Below, one piece after another: positions 58,745 to 64,000 of a stretch of 64,000 nt of DNA. This DNA is from Gemmatimonadota bacterium (GTDB taxonomy: Bacteria; Gemmatimonadota; Gemmatimonadetes; Gemmatimonadales; Gemmatimonadaceae), in assembly GCA_040389905.1 (NCBI GenBank), contig JAZJZK010000014.1, positions 32,001 through 96,000 on the forward strand, written 5' to 3'. The notes under the pieces were generated by a model. That model had not been told where the DNA came from, made no database searches, and saw nothing but the letters and a program-made list of their open reading frames with translations. Both the position numbers and the translations under genes were made by a program. Numbering within the stretch: position 1 is the stretch's first letter; each line of letters begins with the position of its first letter.

Positions 58745-58786
58745 GAATCCCGGGGTCGCTCGCTCGGGGCTACCGCGCATTCGATT

Positions 58787-60349
58787 TCAGTAGCCTGGAT
58801 TCTGCTTCAGCGTCGGATTCGCAGAGAGCTCGTTCGCCGGGATCGGATACAGGTCGCGGAACGCTTCCGTCACCTTACCCGCTGCAACGTTCCCTTTCCA
58901 CGTCCAGACACCCGCGCTCGAGAAGCTACCGAAGCGAATGAGATCCTGACGGCGGAAGCCTTCCCACAGGAGTTCCCTGCTCCGTTCATCGAGAATGAAT
59001 GGCAGCGTGAGCTGCGCATCCGTGATGTCCGCCGCCCCGTTCCGCCGACGAATCGCGTTCACGTAGTTGAGCGCCGTCGCGCGGCTGCCGCCGCCGCCAC
59101 GCAACACCGCCTCGGCGTAAATGAGATAGGCGTCGGCCAGACGGTACATCGGGTAGTCCGTGTCGGGGAACGTCAGGTTCGAGCCCACTTTCCCTGCGGA
59201 CGTGACGTTCCGGAACTTCAGCAGCGCGTAGCCATTGTTCGACGAGCCAATGCTCGCGATGGTCTTCGTGCGACCCGATGTCGCGATTTGCGACGCACGC
59301 TGGTCATCCGCCGCGAAGCGATCAACCGCTTCGGGCCGGAGGCGCAGACCGTACCAGCCACCGTCGATACCCGCCGTCGCCGGGTCCATGTTGTCGCCGA
59401 CCGACGCGTGAATCAGGTAGGTCGTTCCACCGTACGTACGCGTGCGGATCCCATCGAACGGCACCGAGAAGATCATCTCCGGCGATGCGTTGTTGTCCGC
59501 CGCGAACACTCGGCCGAAATTCGCGTCGAGTGACGAACCGGCCGCAATCGCCGCGGACGCTGACGCCAACGCATCGGTCGGACGATCGGTGCCCGACCAC
59601 ACCTTCGCGTTGAGATAGAGATGCGCGAGCGTCATGTCCACCGCCGCCTGGCTCGCGCGGCCGTAGTAGTTGCCCGAACTCGTCGCGGGCAGCGCCGAAC
59701 GAATGGCCTTCAGCTCGGTCTCGACAAAGGTGAAGACCTCTGTCCGTGTCGACTGCACCGGGAGCTTCGCGAGATCGAAGTTCTCGTCGACGATCGGGAC
59801 GTTGCCGAAGAGATCGACGGCGTGATAGTAGCTGAGCGCCCGGAGAAAGCGCGCTTCCGCCCGGAAGCCGGCGACCTGCGTGCTCAGTGCGGCGCTCGTG
59901 CCGCGCGTCGCGAGCTGCGCGTCCGTGGTCTGGCGCAGGAATTCGTTCGCAAGCGCAATCTGATAGAAGATGCGCGCATACATCGCCGTCGTGAACGGAT
60001 TGGATGCGGACCACGTCTGCGTGTTGAGCTCGGGCAACCCCGTGTCGCCCCATCCGATGATCGCCTCGTCGGTTGGCAACTCCTGGAGCTGCCAGTATCC
60101 GCGAACGTATTGCGAGAACCCCTCGTCGATACCGTTGATGTCGGGGTTGCCGGCGGGACCGTCCTGGCCCGTTACCGCAAGACCGGCGTACAGTTTGGCG
60201 AGGAACGCCTGATACGACGCCGGGTCACTGAAGATGTTTCCACTCGTGATCTGACTCTGCGGCTGCAGTGTGAGATCGCTGCACGAGGTGGCACCGAGGC
60301 TCAGGACCACCAACGCCAAGGCAAGCCACCTGGTCGACTTCGAATACAT
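58787..60349 (-). CDS. susD: SusD family starch-binding lipoprotein
   Basis: Lipobox ATSC; EARFLRAL, RLADAYLIYAEA, DERSRELLWEGFRRQDLIRFG, QNPGY. Confidence 0.92.
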   Translation of the reverse strand: MYSKSTRWLALALVVLSLGATSCSDLTLQPQSQITSGNIFSDPASYQAFLAKLYAGLAVTGQDGPAGNPDINGIDEGFSQYVRGYWQLQELPTDEAIIGWGDTGLPELNTQTWSASNPFTTAMYARIFYQIALANEFLRQTTDAQLATRGTSAALSTQVAGFRAEARFLRALSYYHAVDLFGNVPIVDENFDLAKLPVQSTRTEVFTFVETELKAIRSALPATSSGNYYGRASQAAVDMTLAHLYLNAKVWSGTDRPTDALASASAAIAAGSSLDANFGRVFAADNNASPEMIFSVPFDGIRTRTYGGTTYLIHASVGDNMDPATAGIDGGWYGLRLRPEAVDRFAADDQRASQIATSGRTKTIASIGSSNNGYALLKFRNVTSAGKVGSNLTFPDTDYPMYRLADAYLIYAEAVLRGGGGSRATALNYVNAIRRRNGAADITDAQLTLPFILDERSRELLWEGFRRQDLIRFGSFSSAGVWTWKGNVAAGKVTEAFRDLYPIPANELSANPTLKQNPGY

Positions 60350-60364
60350 GAGACTCTCCTTCCG

Positions 60365-63358
60365 TTAGAAGCCGACCGATAAGCCGCCCACGAACGTGCG
60401 CGACCGCGGATAGACGTTGTTGTCGATTCCCCTGATGCTCGCCGTCGGGTCCACACCGGTGTACTTGGTCGATGTGAAGACATTCTGGACGGTTCCAAAC
60501 AGGCGCGCATTCGTCAGCTGTCCCAATCGCGCAACCGTATACCCGATCGTCACGTTGTCCATCCGGATGAACGAGCCATCCTCGACGTACAGGTCCGAGA
60601 GATACTGCGGACGGGTGAATCCATTCTTCAGGACCGATGCCTCGAGATTCACCGGCGCGAATGGTGACGTGAGCACGCTGTAGTTGCCGAGATTCGACGC
60701 CACGTTGTTGTACACGTAGTTCCCCATGTAGGAACGAAGCGTGGTGCTTGCGTCGAACTTCTTCCACGTCATGTTCGAGGTGTGACCGATGATCCACTTC
60801 GGCGCGGGGCTGTGGAAGGGGCGCAGATCACTGGTGTTGATGATCTTGTCGCCGTTCTGGTCGACGTACATCTCGACATCCGTGCCGGTGTTGACTGGCG
60901 TCCCGGTCGACGTCGAACGATGCTCGTACACATAGAAGGAGTTGACGGGCTGCCCCGCCTGAAGAACCTGAATCGTGGTCCCCACGCCACCAGCGATACC
61001 GCCCGTCTGGATGCTCGTGAGCCCAGCGCGACCGATCGTCAGGAGCTCGTTCGTGTTGCGCGACGCGTTGAAGTTCCCCGTCCAATTGAATCCCTGCCGT
61101 CCGCCGTCGATGATCTTGCCACCGATCACGAACTCGATGCCCTTGTTCTGCACGCTGCCGATGTTGGTGAGCACGCTGTTCGACAGTGCCGTGCCTGCTG
61201 CCGTCGGCACGTTGAAGAGGAGGTCCTTGGTCGTCTTCGTATAGTAGTCAACGCTCCCCGTGAACCGATCGCGCATGATGCCGTAATCGAGGCCGATCTG
61301 TGAGGAGGTTGTGGTCTCCCAATGGAGATTCGCGTCGAACGCGACGGGACGAATCGTCGTGACGAACGTGTTGCCCAGCTGCGCCTGTGCCTGCGAGTTG
61401 CCGACCACGTAACTGCCGTATGCGCAGTAGTTGCACCCGATCGCTTCGTTTCCGTTCCGGCCCCACGAGACGCGCAGCTTGAGATCCGAGAAGGGCAGAT
61501 CCTTGAACATCGACTCCTGAAGGACACGCCACGCGAACGCCAATGATGGAAACACACCGTACTTCTGGCCTTCGCCGAAGCGCGACGAACCGTCGCGACG
61601 AACCGTTCCCGTGAGGAGGTACCGATCCATGATGTTGAGGTTCGCACGACCAAACTGCGAGCGCAGGAGATGCTCCTGCACACTGACGCCCGGGCTGGCT
61701 TCCGCAAACGTGGGCACGCCGTTGATGGTCAGCAGGTTGCTCGAGAGCCCCCGGGCGCTGTAGCCGTTGTAGCTGCCACTGAAATCTTCTGCCGAGACAC
61801 CAGCCGTGAGGTCCATCGTGCCGGAGATCGACGTCGGCAGGTCTCGGCGATAGCTCACGTAGGCGTCACCGACCGTGTGCAATTCGGAGTGATTGCTCCG
61901 GGAGATCGAGCCGCGTGTGAGGGAATCCGCCTTGAGCTGCGAGGCAATGTTGGTCGGCGTAAAGCTGTTGCGGTCGGCACGGTTGACGTCGTAGCTGCCG
62001 CGCCCCGTGACGGAGAGACCGGAGAGGAATGGCAAACGATACTCCGCCTCGAGGTTGCCGATGCTGCGGAGGATATTCCCCTGGTCCTGCACATACTTGA
62101 GCATCTCCAGCGGATTGTTCGGAGCCAGTCCGACAAGCGCGCCTGACGTCGGATCGCGATACTGGAAGTATGCGCCGGCGTCCGTGTACATCGGCTGCGT
62201 TGGTGCAAAGGCGATCGCGGAGCCGAGCACGCCCCCGGGCGTGTACCAGTCGAGTGAGCGCGAGCCACGAACGCGGGTATTGAGCGAGAGCTTGTCGTTC
62301 AGCAGGCGATCGCTGTAGTTGAGCGACGCCGACGCACGCTGGGTGCGACTGCCAATGAGGATGCCATCCTGGTCGAGGAAGCCGAGCCCAAGGCGATAGT
62401 TCATCGTCTCACGCCGGCCGCTGAAGCCCATGTTGTGCTCCTGACCACCCGCGCTCTGCTCGATCGCGCTGAGCCAGTTGGTGTTGGCCGAGCCGAGCGA
62501 GGCCGAGTTGGATGGTGCGTATGTCTGCACCGCGGTGCGATACTGCGCTGCGTCGAGGAGGTTCGGGCCGCCGGTCACGCGAGAACCTGACACGGTTCCC
62601 GTATAGGTCACCTGGGAGCCGGCACCGCCGGTCTTCGTGGTGATGATCACGACACCGTTCGCGCCGCGGTTTCCATAGATGGCCGTCGACGAGGCATCCT
62701 TGAGCACCGTGATGGTCTCGATGTCGTTCGGGTTCAGGAAGTTCAGGGCATTGCGGCCATTGACCGTCGACCCGCCACCGATATCGATCGGTACCCCGTC
62801 GATGACGTAGAGGGGTTCGTTGCTCGCGTTCACGGAGGTACCGCCGCGAATGCGAATGGAAATGCCGCCGCCGGGCTCATTGTTTTCGGAGACCTGCACG
62901 CCGGCGACTTTGCCGCGAATGAGCGCTTCGGGGCTCACGATGCGGCCGGTGTTGAATTCCTCGCTGGCCACCGTTGCCACCGACCCGGTGAGGTCTTTCG
63001 CTTCCTGCGTTCCGTAGCCGACGACCACGACGCCAGTGATCGCGACGGCGGACGCACGCAGTTGAAAGTTGACGGTCGCCTGACCTCCAGCGGTCACCAC
63101 GACGGACGCCGAGTCGACGCCGTATCCGATGCGCTGCGCGCGCATGGTGTAGCTGCCGGGGCGCACGGCAATGGTGTATCGCCCATCGTCGCGGGTGACG
63201 GCTCCTGCGCCCGCGCCGACGACGCTCACCTGCACCTGCGCGATCGGCCCGCCCGACTCCGCACTGGTGACTCGGCCGGCGATGGTCCCCGTTTGTGCGA
63301 TGAGTGGCGCGCCGGCCACGATCGTGGAGACGATCCCGGTGAAGACTGTCCGCAACAT
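60365..63358 (-). CDS. susC: SusC family TonB-dependent receptor
   Basis: ATG 63358 after AGGAG; PLYVIDG, LKDASSTAIYG.RGANGVVIITTK, RDGSSRF, YPRSR, terminal F. Confidence 0.95.
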   Translation of the reverse strand: MLRTVFTGIVSTIVAGAPLIAQTGTIAGRVTSAESGGPIAQVQVSVVGAGAGAVTRDDGRYTIAVRPGSYTMRAQRIGYGVDSASVVVTAGGQATVNFQLRASAVAITGVVVVGYGTQEAKDLTGSVATVASEEFNTGRIVSPEALIRGKVAGVQVSENNEPGGGISIRIRGGTSVNASNEPLYVIDGVPIDIGGGSTVNGRNALNFLNPNDIETITVLKDASSTAIYGNRGANGVVIITTKTGGAGSQVTYTGTVSGSRVTGGPNLLDAAQYRTAVQTYAPSNSASLGSANTNWLSAIEQSAGGQEHNMGFSGRRETMNYRLGLGFLDQDGILIGSRTQRASASLNYSDRLLNDKLSLNTRVRGSRSLDWYTPGGVLGSAIAFAPTQPMYTDAGAYFQYRDPTSGALVGLAPNNPLEMLKYVQDQGNILRSIGNLEAEYRLPFLSGLSVTGRGSYDVNRADRNSFTPTNIASQLKADSLTRGSISRSNHSELHTVGDAYVSYRRDLPTSISGTMDLTAGVSAEDFSGSYNGYSARGLSSNLLTINGVPTFAEASPGVSVQEHLLRSQFGRANLNIMDRYLLTGTVRRDGSSRFGEGQKYGVFPSLAFAWRVLQESMFKDLPFSDLKLRVSWGRNGNEAIGCNYCAYGSYVVGNSQAQAQLGNTFVTTIRPVAFDANLHWETTTSSQIGLDYGIMRDRFTGSVDYYTKTTKDLLFNVPTAAGTALSNSVLTNIGSVQNKGIEFVIGGKIIDGGRQGFNWTGNFNASRNTNELLTIGRAGLTSIQTGGIAGGVGTTIQVLQAGQPVNSFYVYEHRSTSTGTPVNTGTDVEMYVDQNGDKIINTSDLRPFHSPAPKWIIGHTSNMTWKKFDASTTLRSYMGNYVYNNVASNLGNYSVLTSPFAPVNLEASVLKNGFTRPQYLSDLYVEDGSFIRMDNVTIGYTVARLGQLTNARLFGTVQNVFTSTKYTGVDPTASIRGIDNNVYPRSRTFVGGLSVGF

Positions 63359-63461
63359 CAAAGGTCTCCTGGAGTGAAAGGTGCCATTTCAGTGCAATTT
63401 TTCGCGCAACTATTTGTCATTCGTCCCGCCGCGGTGCAAAGTCGACAGAAAAAGTTATTTC

Positions 63462-63490
63462 TTGACGTACGCTGAGATAGCAGCGAAAAT
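63462..63490 (+). promoter_or_regulatory. Putative sigma70 promoter of the LacI gene
   Basis: TTGACG-N17-GAAAAT. Confidence 0.45.
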
Positions 63491-63513
63491 GTCGGTGCAC
63501 AAGGACGTTCACT

Positions 63514-63548
63514 GCAACATTCTTCGCAATCGGTTGCGTAAATGTTGC
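63514..63548. promoter_or_regulatory. Putative LacI-family operator
   Basis: Core CGCAATCGGTTGCG (63525-63538, central CG) flanked by GCAACATT / AATGTTGC. Confidence 0.7.
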
Positions 63549-63569
63549 GAGACTTTGGCTCCGGAATCC

Positions 63570-64000
63570 ATGCCAAGCCGACGCGTTACACTGAAGGACA
63601 TCGCAAAACAGGTTGGCCTCTCCATGGCCACCGTGTCGCGCGCCCTCGCCGATCACCCCGACATCAGCGGGGAGACCAAGGAGCGCGTCCGGAATGCGGC
63701 GCAGCAGCTCAGCTATATCCCCAACTACCGCGCTCGCTACCTGCGCGCGAAACATTCCCGGTTGATCGCGCTGATCGTCCCCGAGATGAACATGTTCTTC
63801 GTGCCCTCGATGATCACCGGGATCAATCGCGTGGTGCAGGCCAACGACTATTCGCTCATCGTCTTTCAGTCGGACAATTCCATCGTCCAGGAGCGACGAC
63901 TCGTCGAGTATTGCACGCACCTCTCAACCGACGGCGTGCTGCTCGTCCTCTCGTCCGAAACGACCGATCTCCAGCACCTCGACGTGCTGAACGAATGCGG
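63570..64000 (+). CDS. LacI family transcriptional regulator (3' end outside window; absent from the ORF track)
   Basis: MPSRRVTLKDIAKQVGLSMATVSRAL...YIPNYRARYL. Confidence 0.95.
   Translation, partial: MPSRRVTLKDIAKQVGLSMATVSRALADHPDISGETKERVRNAAQQLSYIPNYRARYLRAKHSRLIALIVPEMNMFFVPSMITGINRVVQANDYSLIVFQSDNSIVQERRLVEYCTHLSTDGVLLVLSSETTDLQHLDVLNEC

Noticed and set aside
63417..63920. 167-aa minus-strand ORF
   Set aside because: Antisense to the clear LacI gene starting at 63570
1..64000. tRNA, rRNA, integrase or transposase genes
   Set aside because: None recognised by eye; covariance-model and HMM searches would be needed to exclude them

Overview
High-GC bacterial chromosome segment, probably Gemmatimonadota (inferred from SusC/SusD pairs in a high-GC genome and small lineage-typical proteins; not verified). 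From left to right it holds: (1) the end of an ABC transporter and a SusC/SusD locus; (2) an asparagine-synthetase-like gene, two tandem ATP-grasp paralogues, a heme-c/copper-monooxygenase-like lipoprotein, YceI and a nucleotidyltransferase; (3) a ~20 kb aromatic amino acid catabolic region (phhA, paaGHJYZ, fused 2-oxoacid dehydrogenase E1, paaABCD, hppD, hmgA, acetoacetate-CoA ligase) interrupted by a MATE pump with an attenuator-like leader and a GxxExxY nuclease gene flanked by inverted repeats; (4) two M30-like metallopeptidase lipoproteins, GGDEF-EAL, Yip1, YbjQ, GH10 xylanase, a zinc-ribbon protein and a permease/amidohydrolase pair; (5) a TolC/MacB/adaptor efflux operon; (6) a starch/maltodextrin utilisation locus (MFS, three GH13, SusD, SusC, LacI). 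Intergenic DNA carries at least four families of dispersed palindromic elements. The best candidates for undescribed biology are the GxxExxY gene bounded by ~9-nt-periodic inverted repeats with gene-less relatives nearby, the amide-ligase cluster, and the cytochrome-c/PHM-like fusion. No rRNA, tRNA or CRISPR array was recognised. All family calls come from motif recognition by eye, not database searches.
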